From positions 1 through 64,000 of the forward strand of contig JALMLS010000323.1 of NCBI GenBank assembly GCA_038496445.1: DNA of 64,000 nt. The letters are read 5' to 3'. The notes beneath the pieces were generated by a model. It saw nothing but the letters and a program-made list of their open reading frames with translations. It had not been told where the DNA came from and searched no databases. The number at the start of each line of letters is the position of its first letter. Positions within the stretch are counted from its first letter, which is position 1. Below, piece after piece: positions 1 to 13,500 of the stretch. Made by a program: the position numbers and the translations under genes. The DNA is from Trichosphaerium sp. ATCC 40318 (taxonomy: Eukaryota; Protista; Tubulinea).

Positions 1-3000
1 CCTCAGTGGTTGGAGCATCTGTAGTTGGAGCTTCTGTAGTTGGAGCTTCGGTTGTAGGTGCATCCGTGGTAGGAGCTTCAGTCGTTGGTGCCTCGGTGGT
101 TGGTGCATCTGTAGTTGGAGCCTCTGTTGTTGGTGCTTCTGTAGTAGGTGCTACAGTGGTAGGAGCCTCAGTAGTTGGTGCTTCAGTCGTAGGTGCATCT
201 GTCGTTGGAGCTTCGGTTGTAGGCGCATCCGTAGTTGGTGCCTCTGTAGTTGGCGCTTCTGTGGTTGGAGCAGCAGTAGTTGGTGCTGTAGTGGTTGGAG
301 CTTCAGTGGTAGGAGCCTCCGTTGTTGGAGCTTCAGTTGTTGGAGCCTCTGTAGTTGGTGCTGCAGTCGTAGGAGCTTCGGTTGTAGGTGCCTCTGTAGT
401 TGGTGCTGCAGTCGTAGGAGCCTCCGTTGTTGGAGCATTTGTAGTTGGTGCTTCTGTTGTTGGAGCCTCTGTTGTTGGTGCAGCAGTTGTAGGTGCCTCT
501 GTAGTAGGTGCCAATGTAGTTGGCACTTCAGTTGTTGGTGCTTCTGTTGTTGGCGCTTCGGTGGTAGGTGCATCTGTAGTAGGTGCTTCTGTAGTTGGTG
601 CATCTATCACAGTTAGAAGGAAAAAGGTAAAAATATCGATCAAGTACCAGTTGTAGGAGCTCCAGTTGTTGGTGCTTCAGTTGTAGGAGCCTCTGTAGTT
701 GGTGCTTCAGTCGTAGGAGCTTCGGTTGTAGGTGCCTCCGTTGTTGGAGCCTCTGTAGTAGGAGCATCTGTAGTTGGAGCTTCAGTGGTAGGAGCATCCG
801 TAGTTGGAGCTTCAGTTGTTGGGGCTTCAGTGGTTGGCGCAGCTGTTGTTGGTGGTTCTGTTGTTGGAGCGTTTGTAGTAGGTGCATCCGTAGTTGGTGC
901 TACTGTAGTTGGTGCTTCTACAAATAAAGTAAGTTCCCAGATAGAAAGTAAACGACAAAGTACCAGTTGTTGGCGCTATAGTTGTAGGTGCTTCTGTTGT
1001 TGGAGACTCTGTCGTTGGAGCTACAGTGGTTGGAGCCTCTGTTGTTGGAGCATCTGTAGTAGGTGCAGCAGTTGTAGGTGCATCTGTAGTTGGCGCAGCT
1101 ATCATAGTTAGGTGGAAAAAGGTAAAAATAATATCGATCAAGTACCAGTTGTAGGTGCATCTGTGGTAGGAGCCTCTGTTGTTGGTGCTTCTGTAGTTGG
1201 AGCCTCTGTAGTCGGTGCTTCAGTTGTTGGTGCAGCAGTAGTTGGAGCCTCTGTTGTCGGTGCAGCAGTTGTTGGTGCTTCAGTAGTTGGCGCCAATGTA
1301 GTTGGAGCCTCTGTCGTAGGTGCCTCTGTAGTAGGAGCTAGAGTAGTAGGAGCCTCTGTTGTTGGTGCAGCAGTAGTTGGAACCTCAGTCGTAGGTGCCT
1401 CTGTTGTAGGCGCTACAGTAGTTGGAGCCTCTGTCGTAGGTGCCTCTGTAGTAGGAGCTAGAGTGGTAGGAGCCTCCGTAGTTGGAGCTTCAGTAGTTGG
1501 AGCCTCTGTTGTTGGAGCATCTGTTGTAGGTGTAGCAGTTGTAGGTGCTTCAGTAGTAGGCGCCAATGTAGTTGGCGCTTCAGTTGTTGGCGCTGCTGTA
1601 GTAGGCGCCTCAGTAGTTGGTGCTTCTGTAGTAGGCGCTTCAGTTGTTGGAGCTGCTGTAGTAGGCGCTTCGGTGGTTGGCGCATCTGTTGTTGGTGCAT
1701 CAGTTGTAGGTGCCTCTGTAGTAGGCGCTACAGTGGTAGGAGCCTCTGTAGTCGGTGCTTCTGTAGTTGGAGCATCTGTAGTTGGAGCTTCAGTGGTTGG
1801 GGCTTCAGTAGTAGGGGCTTCGGTGGTTGGCGCCTCTGTGGTTGGTGCTTCAGTAGTAGGGGCAGCTGTTGTTGGAGCCTCCGTCGTAGGCGCCTCTGTA
1901 GTTGGTGCTTCTGTAGTTGGCGCAGCTGTTGTTGGAGCCTCCGTCGTAGGCGCATCTGTAGTAGGTGCATCCGTAGTTGGTGCATCTATCACTGTTAGGA
2001 GGAAAAAGGTAAAAATATCGATCAAGTACCAGTTGTAGGCGCCTCAGTTGTTGGTGCTTCTGTCGTTGGCGCTTCGGTGGTAGGCGCTATAGTAGTTGGA
2101 GCCTCAGTCGTAGGTGCCTCTGTTGTAGGCGCTACAGTAGTTGGAGCCTCTGTCGTAGGTGCCTCTGTTGTAGGCGCTACAGTTGTTGGAGCCTCAGTCG
2201 TAGGTGCCTCTGTAGTAGGAGCTAGAGTGGTAGGAGCCTCCGTTGTTGGTGCAGCAGTAGTTGGAGCTACTGTAGTCGGTGCTTCTGTAGTAGGTGCAGC
2301 AGTTGTTGGTGCAGCAGTTGTAGGTGCTTCAGTAGTAGGGGCAGCTGTTGTTGGAGCCTCCGTCGTAGGCGCCTCTGTAGTTGGTGCTTCAGTGGTTGGC
2401 GCTTCTGTTGTTGGAGCCTCTGTTGTAGGTGCAGCAGTTGTAGGTGCTTCTGTAGTAGGTGCCAATGTAGTTGGAGCTTCAGTTGTTGGCGCCTCTGTTG
2501 TTGGTGCTTCCGTCGTTGGCGCTTCGGTGGTAGGTGCCTCTGTAGTAGGCGCTACAGTGGTAGGAGCCTCCGTTGTTGGAGCATCTGTAGTTGGTGCTTC
2601 TGTTGTTGGAGCCTTTGTTGTTGGTGCAGCAGTTGTTGGTGCTTCAGTAGTAGGGGCAGCTGTTGTTGGAGCCTTTGTTGTTGGTGCAGCAGTTGTTGGT
2701 GCTTCAGTAGTAGGGGCCTCTGTAGTTGGAGCCTCTGTTGTTGGTGCAGCAGTTGTTGGAGCCTCCGTCGTAGGCGCTTCTGTAGTTGGAGCCTCTGTTG
2801 TTGGTGCAGCAGTTGTTGGTGCTTCAGTAGTAGGGGCAGCTGTTGTTGGAGCCTCTGTTGTTGGTGCAGCAGTAGTTGGTGCTTCTGTTGTTGGAGCCTC
2901 TGTTGTTGGTGCAGCAGTTGTTGGAGCCTCCGTCGTAGGCGCTTCTGTAGTTGGAGCCTCTGTTGTTGGTGCAGCAGTTGTAGGCGCCAATGTAGTTGGA

Positions 3001-3153
3001 GCTTCAGTTGTAGGAGCCTCTGTAGTTGGAGCCTCTGTTGTTGGTGCAGCAGTTGTTGGTGCTTCAGTAGTAGGCGCCTCTGTAGTTGGAGCCTCTGTTG
3101 TTGGTGCAGCAGTTGTAGGCGCCAATGTAGTTGGAGCTTCAGTTGTAGGTTCC
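1..3153. repeat. Coding 15-bp tandem repeat (about 195-200 units of A-P-T-T-[E/A/D/V/L/I/K])
   Basis: Directly visible 15-nt periodicity with heavy third-position synonymous variation. Confidence 0.97.
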
Positions 3154-4193
3154 TCAACATCCCTTTTATTGTTTTGTCCATCTATTGAACCAGGTTCACC
3201 TAATTTCAAAAAAAACTTGTTAATCGTGTACATTGAAACTGAAACAAAAAAAAAAAAAAAAAGAAAATCGTACTAGCAATTTTAAGATCGTCTAGGGCAA
3301 GGTAGGCGCCTTCTGTTTCTTCAAACAAGGCGACAGTCACACGCAAGCGCATCTTCCCTGATGATGGCATTACGATTTGACGTTGAACAGTTCGAGCAGT
3401 ATCAGTTATTGGTGAGTATAGAGTAGTAGAATCGCAACCAGGGTTGGTAAACAACTGGAGGTTTGCGTCTGATTTTAAGCATAGCACATTTACAAATGGT
3501 TGATCTACGGAAAAGCGTCAGAATAATCTTCATTTTTAGGCTCAAGGACCCGAAAAAGAAAAACCAAGTTGATAACGTACTATTTACACTAACGGATATC
3601 TTGAGGTAATCCACAGGCGATTTGACGCCCTGTACGGCAAATCGAGCAGAAAGCACAGCATCCTCGCTATATGGAAGCAATTCGATATCTACAACAAGAT
3701 AATAAGCGTAATGTAAACGATAAAAGAACACGCACCATTCCATTCCATGGTTTTTGTAGTCGGGCTATCTTGGGCGTTACTTAGTACCACAAAAGGTGCT
3801 GAAAGGCCAAAACCGCTATCAGTCACCGGTTGCTGCGTAAAAAGCGCGAGTAGTTGCGAGAAAACGATATTTAGTCTCGTAACGATTGAAAGTTGAGCAT
3901 CGTAAATGGACGTTTCTTTCATAATATTCAATGCATGAGTTGATTTGTGTGCATCTAGAACATGAGAGGTTGTGGTAAAAGTAGATTCTTCCCCAAAGTC
4001 TTCATTAAATATTTGTACACCTTTGCTGTGTTAAAAGCTATCACAAAGTAGAAAACAAGAAGCAAAAAATAGTGTCGATTCATATTTTGAAGCGTTATTT
4101 TTAAACACAATAACAATCGTTATACAAGATAAACATACCTGAGACTTGGGCAGCTACTATTACTAACAAAAGTGCAATGAAAAACCGAAACAT
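1..4193 (-). CDS. Secreted mucin-like protein: signal peptide, possible MAM/ConA-like N-terminal domain, long (APTTx)n stalk; 3' end runs off the window
   Basis: ATG at 4193 gives [18 protein letters not shown] (signal peptide). Spliced exons lead to [11 protein letters not shown] (MAM-like end) and NNKRDVEE, then PTTEA repeats to the window edge, interrupted by 4 short GT-AG introns. Confidence 0.85.
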
Positions 4194-5124
4194 AACGGTA
4201 ACGTGTAGTGCACTGTGCAATATACAAAAATAATGCCAAAAATGACGAAATCTCCAGTTTTACCTATATCGGTAAATTAAGCCAATATAAGCCCACACAA
4301 GACCAAGAGCGTGGTTTGTTACTTTTTGACGACACGGAGTATCTCCCTTTTTTGTAGTTTAGGTTTTTATTATCGGGTTGCTCAAAACCTTGTAGTGCGC
4401 TAACAAGTACATGAGCATGCGGTACTAACAGTTACAGTTAGTCAGACATTTTTATACAACAGCTAAAGATAGATTCCTGCTTTTTATTGCTAGTGGTATT
4501 TATGCATAAAAATAGCGTACGCGCCTTGTAGCTTGCAAAGAGTTTCTAAGGGAGAAAATAGGAAGTCTACTTCGAAACTAACTAAGCTCGGGCGAAGTTA
4601 ATTTTCTCAATTACAGTCCCGCCATAATAGCTATTGTGTATACTATTGACGACGGAAACACATTGCACGCTTGCCTTTGTATTGTGCCGCCAAACGTTTT
4701 TTGTAGTTTTCCCTCCATAAACAAAAGGTTTGTAAGCACTGGTTAGCCAATGATATATTGCCGCCCTACAGAAATTTTTATTCTCAACACAACAACTGTA
4801 AATTACAAATGGCCCCATTTTTGTTTTTTCACCATTTTTTATCTACCGTCTTAAAATTGTTACCATTGTTACATAAAAGGTATTCCCACTTTACTCTGAT
4901 GCTTCATTTAAAAAAAAAAGGTGTGCCGCAATATTTGTGTAAGCGTCAAAAACAAAAAAATAAAAACTGAGATTGCCAATTTCATTGAGCTCACAAGAAC
5001 ATAAAAATCGAAACAAGTTCTTAGCTTTTGATACAATAACTGAATAACCAATAAAAGGTGTGTAGTATGACTGCTGCGAGCGATATAATCACAAAGGGGG
5101 TTTATTTATCAAGAACGTATGCAT

Positions 5125-6667
5125 TTACTCTAAAGTTTTTACGTTAGCAAAAGAAGCTACTGAACCAAATAACGCACCTTTAATCTCAAAGGTGTATGGG
5201 GATTTGCCAACGTCGTGGGAACCGACTTTGACGGAAACAGTGTACTTTGCGGCAACGCGTGGACGCCAGAACATTTCGAATAAACCGACATCTACATTAC
5301 AAGTCAGCTATAAAAACAATAACAAATTGTAAGTCGTACCAAGCTTGTTGATGCCCTTTTTGATGCCATCAGCGCCTTCGACTTCAAAACCAACATCCTT
5401 GGTTGGGAGATCGACAGGTTTACCAGCGTCATCGCATACTTGAAGTTTGAAAATGGCTCTCTCACCGAGCTTGATTTTGGAGATATCCTACCAATATGTC
5501 AGTTTACGAGTACAACAAAAAACTTATTCTTCTTTTTTATGAAACCGTACCAAACCTTCTCCAGTCAAAGTACAGTGGCTCAAGGAGACGACAAGCTTAC
5601 GCTTTGGGGCTTCTTGTACAACTGAGGCAGTAGGCGAAACCTTGAAAAGTTTGTGTGAAGCAAGTTGGTGGGCTTTGCTGGCACGCTAATAACACGTTAA
5701 ATCGAAAATGTTAAACGTTTTGAATACCACTTCAGGTTGAATTGGCTTTACAGCGTTCAAAACACGCAAGCGTTCAGCTTCAGCGGCTTCTTCAGCTGCT
5801 TTTGCTTCATCAAGTTTTTTCTGTGCTTCAGCACGAGCTTTTTCTTCTTCAGCTTTTTGTTTAGCAATCGCAGCATCGCGTTTTGCCTTTTCTGCTTTTA
5901 CTCTAGCTTCAGCTTCAGCTTCTTCCTTTTCTCGGCTATTAAAAAAGTCAGTAAAACGAGTTTGAGAAGGAAAGGAACCAAAAAGGTACTTACAGTTGTC
6001 TAGCTTGTTCTTTCAATTTCCTTTGTTTCTCTGCTGCAGCACTACATACAGCGTGAATAAATTACGAGACTATGAATCCATAGAATTAAAAAAAAACGCA
6101 ACGCAGAAAAAAAAAAGCTAACAACGTTTAAAAAACTTACGCTTCAGCAGCTTTTTGTTCATCTGCACGTCTTTGAGCCCTTTTGTGGAGTTAGATTAAT
6201 GCTTTTGGAAATAAAGTGATAACGTACTCAGCTGCTTGGGTTTTGCGACGTTTTTGGTCCTCCTCTTCAGCGTTATCCTCGGAGTCCTCGTGTTTTCTTT
6301 TATGACTACAAAAAGCAGAGTGAGTTTATAATTTGTAAACAAACGCTAGCCATAGCCCCCAAAGCTACAAAGTAGCGAAGATGCACGCAAAAAAAAACAG
6401 AAATTGAGAAATCAGGCTCACCGAGTTTCTTTAAAGGCGGGTTCCTCGGTTTGGTCAACAGGGTCGCTGATCTGGTTTGTTTCTTGAGTCTCTCCAGTAG
6501 AGTCGTTTTCTTCGCTACCATTGCTCGAATAAAGGTAATATATAGCACCAAGGGTCACAACGCCTACATGCCGACTTTGAGCTCAACTTTAAAAGTTTTT
6601 TAATTAATTTCGACTTCTTACCTACAGCAGCGGCAATACCAACTGCGACAATCTTTTGGTTATCCAT
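5125..6667 (-). CDS. N-terminally membrane-anchored Ala/Lys/Glu coiled-coil protein with a C-terminal filamin-type Ig repeat
   Basis: MDNQKIVAVGIAAAVGVVTLGAIYYLY anchor; A/K/E-rich exons; C-terminal SHCTLTGEGL...FKLQVCDDAGKPV...YTVSVKVGSHDVGKSPYTFEI resembles the filamin/ABP280 repeat. Confidence 0.7.
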
Positions 6668-7045
6668 TCTTGCGAGTTATACAACTTGTAGTTTCCGAAA
6701 AGTGTAGAACACGAAAGACTTTTGACATAATCGGTAGAAGCGATAATAAGTTAGCGCGATCAGCTCCTCGATAGTAGGAACGCTACAATCTATGTCATTT
6801 CAGTTTTTGTGTTTGACGTCCTACCGCTATACTTGTACCGTTTAGTATGACGCCATGAAACTGCTTTTTTATTCAATGGTTCCAAACTAGAAGCAAAAGT
6901 TGTTTACTTTGGTCCAAAAAAACAAGGTCTTGTGACCGCAAAACGTTTACCCAAGTTAAGTGATAGTAAATTTAAGTGTAGTACGAATTACCTGTTTGTT
7001 CTCCTCCCCAAAAAAGAAAAGTAGAAAGTAATTTACGTATAGACA

Positions 7046-9365
7046 ATGTCTCTGGCATACGCATTATTAGTATTTGTGCTCGCAGTCGCGTTGGCTGTAG
7101 TTATTCTTGCGTTTGCTTCCGTTTTTCTACCTCCACTCGTTATTGCAATCAGAATGAGGGTGTTTACGACGATCAACAGCAACAAAGTAAGTTAAGAAAT
7201 ACAAAATTTTCCACGTTTTTGTTCTTGTAATGCTTTAAAATGCGTGACACTGCGTGACAATGTAATACGCGTTGCGTCTTTGTATTTGTAATAAGAGCTT
7301 ACATTTTACAGGGTTACCAAGTACCTAACGATAAAATTAACGGAGACGATTTCAAAGCACTATACAAGCATACAGCTGCTGATGGTAGAAGTGATTGCGA
7401 ACTATCCAATTTTTTCTGGTACGCCCTAACTAGACTGTTCACTACTTTGTCGTGCACAAACCTTCGAGTTATTTTGTTAAATTGTTGGCGATCTATTGTA
7501 AACAACTTGGTCTGCCTGGTTTCTTGAAAAGTTTGGCATTAAAACAATATTTTTGCTTTTTTAGTAGATAATCACCTTTTTAACCTTCTGACTAGGTACC
7601 ATCTATCACCTGGCCCTGAAATACATCAAGTAAGTACAAGTTTATTTATATTTTTTCAGTTCAATAATTTTCGTGCTTTAGGAACAAATAGAGAATGGAC
7701 CAATGTACGATGTGCTATCACGTGCTACGAACCATTTTTTGCAAGCAAAGGATGAGAAATTGCGCGCTTTAGCAAATAAACACGCGACGAGGTATGTTAC
7801 CAAAATGAGAGTTGACTTGCTTATTAAATTATAAGGCAATTCTCAAAGGTAAAACAATGGAGTTTTATTCGCTTACGCGAGTTTGTGTTTCCCATTGTCG
7901 CAAAAATTATGTTCGAGCTTGTGTTCCAAGAGGAATGTCCTGCAAATGTTAGCGATCTTATAACAAATTCAGCAGAGGATGTAATTACAGCGCTTAAATG
8001 CTGTAAGCTGAGGTTAGTTAAAAAAACTTTCTTGGCTTATTTTATTTTGTTTCGCATTTTATCAATTGTACCGACGCTTTTTAGGGATATCCCCAAAAGA
8101 TTAAAGCTTACTGCTTGGTTAGAGAAGAAACTGCAAAATGGGTGTTTAGATAAAGTATTTGGGCACAACAAAAGCATTAACTACCATACACAAGCGCTTC
8201 ATATTCAAGGTGCATTCTGCCATACTGGTGTTGTTCAAACTTCCGAGGCTGTTGCTCATACGATCATTGCTATCTCACAGCATCCAAAAGTACGCAAATA
8301 AGAATATAAAGCGTACTCTAATTAATACGTAAAATACTTTTGTGCACGTTAACGTGTAGCGAATATTTGGGATTATTGATTTTTTCATAATTTTTTAGTG
8401 GTTTACATCGCGTTAGTAAACCTACGATTGTTTGATCTTTTTTTTTTACCAACGAACACTCATTGTCAACTCAGACTTGAATTTTCTTAGTTATCCAAGT
8501 CAAGAGATTTATTGATTGTTTAGGTGAAGGAAAAATTATTTAGAAATGGAACGATGGATAAAAGATACATGAAAGATGTGTTATCAGAGACTTTCCGCGT
8601 ATGGCCTCTTTTTGGTATTGCAAATAGAGTGACATCTGTACGATTTTTTTGTTTTCTTTTTTTTTTTGTATGTCGTTCCTTACGTTGTCTTGTTTAGAAA
8701 GACATTACTATCTGTGATACTACTATTCCAAAGGGAACTTGTCTTTGTTTCAACTACCCAGAGTTTCATCACAGCGGTTTTGAAGGTATGTATACATACA
8801 ACTCTGTTCGATGATAATTATTCACTGACACTGTTTTTTTTTATAGATCCACATTCATTCCGTCCTGAGAGATGGACAGCAAGAAAAAGAGCAGATTCTA
8901 ATTATATTCCGTTCGGGGTTAAACAAAATCGTCAGTGTCCTGCTATCAGGTACTTGTTTTTAGTTGTTTTTTCGTGACAAACACTTGATATTACTTTTTT
9001 TTTAACTTTTGTTTAGAGTGGCTCCTATTCTCGTAAAAGAAGTGGTTCGCGTTGCTCTACAAACTGCAGAATTTCACACAGCTTTAAAACATACACGAGC
9101 TATGCCTGATCGTGGATTATGTGTCATGGTGCCTAAGCATTCGACAATATCTGACAACACATTGTATTTTGCTAAAGGATTCATGAAAGCACAAGAAGCT
9201 GTTGAAAATCTAACAAGGTCTGTATTACAACTCGTGTATGGAACGATCATGTTGAGAGAAGCAAAGAAATTGAGGCTAGCGCAGACATATTTTGAACAGC
9301 TGCGTCGTGAAAAATGGACAAAAAAAATAGATGAAAATAAAAATAAAACGAAACAATTTTTTTAA
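7046..9365 (+). CDS. Atypical cytochrome P450
   Basis: N-terminal TM anchor; ExxR (ETFRVWPLFG); PERW; heme-Cys region YIPFGVKQNRQCPA; multi-exon. Confidence 0.85.
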
Positions 9366-9696
9366 TGTCGCCGTGTGAATTCTTCTGTCGTAGAATCTAT
9401 TTTGAAGCTCCTTTACTTATTTCCCGAAAAGTACGTGGGTGTCAATTTACTAAATCATATGTTAAAGATTGTTTTAACTGCGCTTTTTATGTTTAGCACC
9501 AGCCACGAAAACATTACCAACAAACTCAATTCCTAGCGCAAGTAACCTTTTTAGGTAATGCAAATACCCAATTTTTTTTTTCGAATATCGTTGTTTCAGT
9601 TCCTTACAGCTTTTTTAGGACGTGAATAGTTTAACGACGCTCGTTGGTTATGCAATATGATACTTTTATTTTGCTAGTGTGAGTCTCTCTCTGTGA

Positions 9697-10457
9697 TTAT
9701 GCGAAATTCATCGTTACTTCCAATTCATAGCAATAACCAACGCATCTAAAAACAAACCATTATTTACACATAAAATAAGAACCCCCAAGTCGTTTTTGAA
9801 GTATACACTAGCCGTACATTGCTGAACATTGATGAGCTTCCCTATAAGCGTCTCAGTTAGTATGAATAATGCAATGATAATGTCGACGTACTCTGTATCG
9901 CAATACGCTTCGGATACTATCGGATTTGTAGTTAGCACTAATTACATCATCTTGTAAACAATAACGACGTACCTTCTATGCTCTGAGGATACTTAAAGCA
10001 TTGTGGAGGAATATTTCCATCATCTCTTCCGTGTTCCGGCTGACATAGTTTGCCTCCTTTTGTTTTTAACTCGCAACAAGTACTATAAAGAACATAAGTA
10101 GGTAGAAAGGATAATTATATAATCTGGAGAAAGAAGGTAACCTCAAAGATAAGATTTTTTTTCACAAAAGACATTTTAAACTTGTAGAGTGGCGTACCGG
10201 ACCATTTCAGCAAGACTGTCGTGTATAGCATCGTTACAGGCAACTTCTGCTGATTCGCAAGATGTAGAAATACCACAACCAACTGTTTTCGTAAATGCGC
10301 AGGTGAATTTATCAAGAGACGGTCTTGTATGACGCGGAGGTCCTCTAAAATACTTTTCTTTGTAGATATTGGCACTGTACAGCCCCGTATGTTCTGCACC
10401 AGCTAAAGCGCCAATTACGAAGATGAACACAACTAAAAAGGTCACGTGAAGGTACAT
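9697..10457 (-). CDS. Small secreted Cys-rich protein
   Basis: MYLHVTFLVVFIFVIGALAG signal peptide. Downstream exons give LCQPEHGRDDGNIPPQCFKYP, YCDT and CSAICVGYCYELEVTMNFA*. Some internal splice sites are uncertain. Confidence 0.55.
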
Positions 10458-10560
10458 CGTTCCGGTGGACATTAAGTCGTCACCTCCCGTTAAGTCTATT
10501 GATATTTCTTGCACATGTTTGCTTGTTCCAGTGTAACCGAATCAGTTTTGGTAATTTTAT

Positions 10561-13500
10561 TTAGTCTGTATTTATTTTTTCTTCACATTCTTTTACACTA
10601 TACAACATATACTTCCCCGTCCTCGCTGACTCAAGCACTTCACTGCATTTTATACCAAACGTTGTTAGTACACCATGAGAATCCCATCCGGACCAAAGAC
10701 CTTCGCCATACTCAACCCGTATCCAAATAACAGGATCACCAAGCTAGTCACAAAAATGAGTTCGACATACTCAATTCTAAGGCGTATTCGTACCTCTTTT
10801 GATATCTGCTCCAATCTAGGTATGAGTACCCATTTATTATTCACACGAAGCCATCCTTGATCACGAGTGCCAATACTCAAAGCAGAGGTTACAGTAGAAG
10901 TGCCTTTCTCAAATGTAAGAGGATTAAGCATTTTGGGACATAGTGTCAGTGGGTAGAAAGTCCATTTGAACGTTGATACAAGCGCAGAAGGCATGATATC
11001 ACTAAGAACCTCAAAAAAGCTCTCGTCATCAAAAAACAATTTAGCTTGTTTCAATTGAAACTCTAGAAAGATGTAAACATAACGTGAAATAAACTGCTGT
11101 TTATGACGTACCCTCTGGTTTTTTACCCTTAATTATAAATGTTAACCCGTTTTTAGGCTCTAGTCTTGCCATCAAACTAGTTAATGTCAACTTGTGTGTT
11201 GAATCAAACGTTTTCTAAACGAAGATTAGACAAATACTTGTGGTATGCCATTTGATACAACTTACCCTGCTCCTCCAATTTAGTGCTACAAGCATTCTCG
11301 CTTGCCAGAGTAAGAACGAAATAAGAGGTACGACTGCCAATACAGCATTTAGTGAAGGGTTTCTAAGTACGATAATACAAGGCCAAAATACCCAAGAGCC
11401 AAGAATAGGGAACATAAGAATTTCACCTGGTGAAACAAAACTCATTAGCCAAGTTTTTTTTTGGGCAAAGATTAACGCACCGATGTAAGCTTTACGCCTT
11501 TGTAAGTAACACCAATGGGCACTTCGTTCTAGAGCTTGTTTATACATACGCCATAACATTCCTCTAAATATTATATCCAATATCCATACAAGAGATCCAA
11601 AAGGTGAATACAACGGTATCAAATATTTACACACTAGAACGGTATTAGGTCACGTTTGTATTCCGCAATTAAAAAAGTACTTGAATAAGACACTGTCCAG
11701 AAAGAAAGTGTGATTGGAGACAATAATGCTTGAGCCAGTAATATCTCATTAAGTGTCTATCATGAGTTATTAAGTTCTATTAACAAAAGCGAGCTGTTTG
11801 GGTACCAAAGTTAATGCTCTATCTCCAAGTATGGCATTTGCCAACACAGTCGTAAGGGCATCAAAAGGTAGCTTATAATCCCAAAGCAATGACAGGAGTG
11901 TAAGTGGTAGTAAACCCACATAAAGATTGAAGAACATTACTACTGGAAACGTTGCAACTTGTAAAAGTTTCATTACTGTTCTAACTATTGTAGGTACAGT
12001 AGCACGTGCTATTAAGTAATTAATAAGAATATTTCAAGAAACCCTTTGGTATATGAAGTCAATTACTTACTTGTCCATACAGGTGAACCAAATGTAATGC
12101 AATAACCAATTAGTACATCTTAACAAGTTAAAGACGAATTAATTTTGTGATTAACATCAAATTGTAAGAATAAAATTGGAATGTATTGAAAAGAAAAAAA
12201 GAGGATACTAGTCAAACTTAGGACAACACCGACATCATTTACGAATGTTACAGGAATAGCGAGCATAGTAACTATGCCAATGACATGCATGCCCCAGAAA
12301 CTGTTCCGTCCATTGGTGTACGACAACAGTTTTCTGATTGCCTTTCCGAAAACAGAATATGTACAGCTTTGTGGATACTTAAAGCGATACAAGAGTACAA
12401 CCTTAAGTGGGAATAACAATGCGCCAATAGCCTATGATTATACTCAATGGATAATGTTAATTAATGCAAACCTGTGGTACCTTTAGAGGAATCACTAAAA
12501 CGTGAGGAAAGTCGCGAACAGATTTGACCAGGTTTTTCTGAATAGGGTTGTAGAAATGAGTGAAACTTGTATCTAAAGAAAAAAGAACTAGGTTAACCGT
12601 CTCTTCTACAACAACTTCTCAAAAAAATTTACACTGACGTACTTCTCTTCATCGTGTCAGATTTTTTGAATACCTCATAGATATCAACCACAAGTGACGG
12701 AACGTGGAATATACCAATAAAAATGATAAAACAAAAAATTATATGAATAATATCCCCAATTGTATTCACAAATGCAACAGTAGAAGCATAATGATAAGCT
12801 TCTTTATGAGGTACCCAACGTGTTCTAACCAAATTTATAAAATTGACTACTCTAAGCATAGCCAAAATTACAAACGCGACTTGAAGTGCATTAGTAGATG
12901 TACAACAATAAAGACTTTGACATACGTAGAAACGAGCAAATAATATCAAGAACAACATTAACAAATCCACTAAAAATCACACCCCTCTTCGCTTTGTCTG
13001 TGCTAGCCTGCAGAGGGTCTCGTTAGGCTAGAAACGCACTTAACACATGCACTTACTTTCGTGAAATTGCGGTAGAGTGTAGGCAATCGATATACGAAAG
13101 GTATCGTTACGATGGCAAGAGCAACATATGGTGTATCAAAAATCCATTGTTTGAATTCGCTGATGATGATGTAATGTTCGTCATCTCCTCTTGAATACTT
13201 TTTTGCGTGAGCGTACAGCCTTGGTATACGCCATAAAGTCAATATCATAATAGAGGCCAATAAAAAACATGGAACATCTTTTGTTGTCAGCCACAAGTAC
13301 TTCAACACAGCTGCTCTTCTTTCTCTTGCACTTTCACACTAAAACGACAAAAAACCATATGAGTATCTCTGCGTTTGTACTATGATATTGTACCTCGTAT
13401 ACCAATCTATAAATTAACCATGGCATTCTCCACAGAGTCAATAATGATAAGAGTGGGTAAGGTATGTCCTTCAGTAATTCTACAAAAAATTAAGGGCTAG

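Noticed and set aside
1-3153. Repeat array as CRISPR or satellite DNA
   Set aside because: No repeat-spacer structure; variation is codon-structured and the context is eukaryotic.
6-3276. Long plus-strand (VVGAS)n ORFs and minus-strand Q/L-rich ORFs
   Set aside because: These are antisense or off-frame shadows of the PTTEA repeat. The signal peptide, splice signals and wobble pattern all support the minus-strand Thr/Pro frame.
4200-5120. Short ORFs 4582-4818 and 4758-4970
   Set aside because: Low-complexity, no motifs, no splice support; likely intergenic or UTR.
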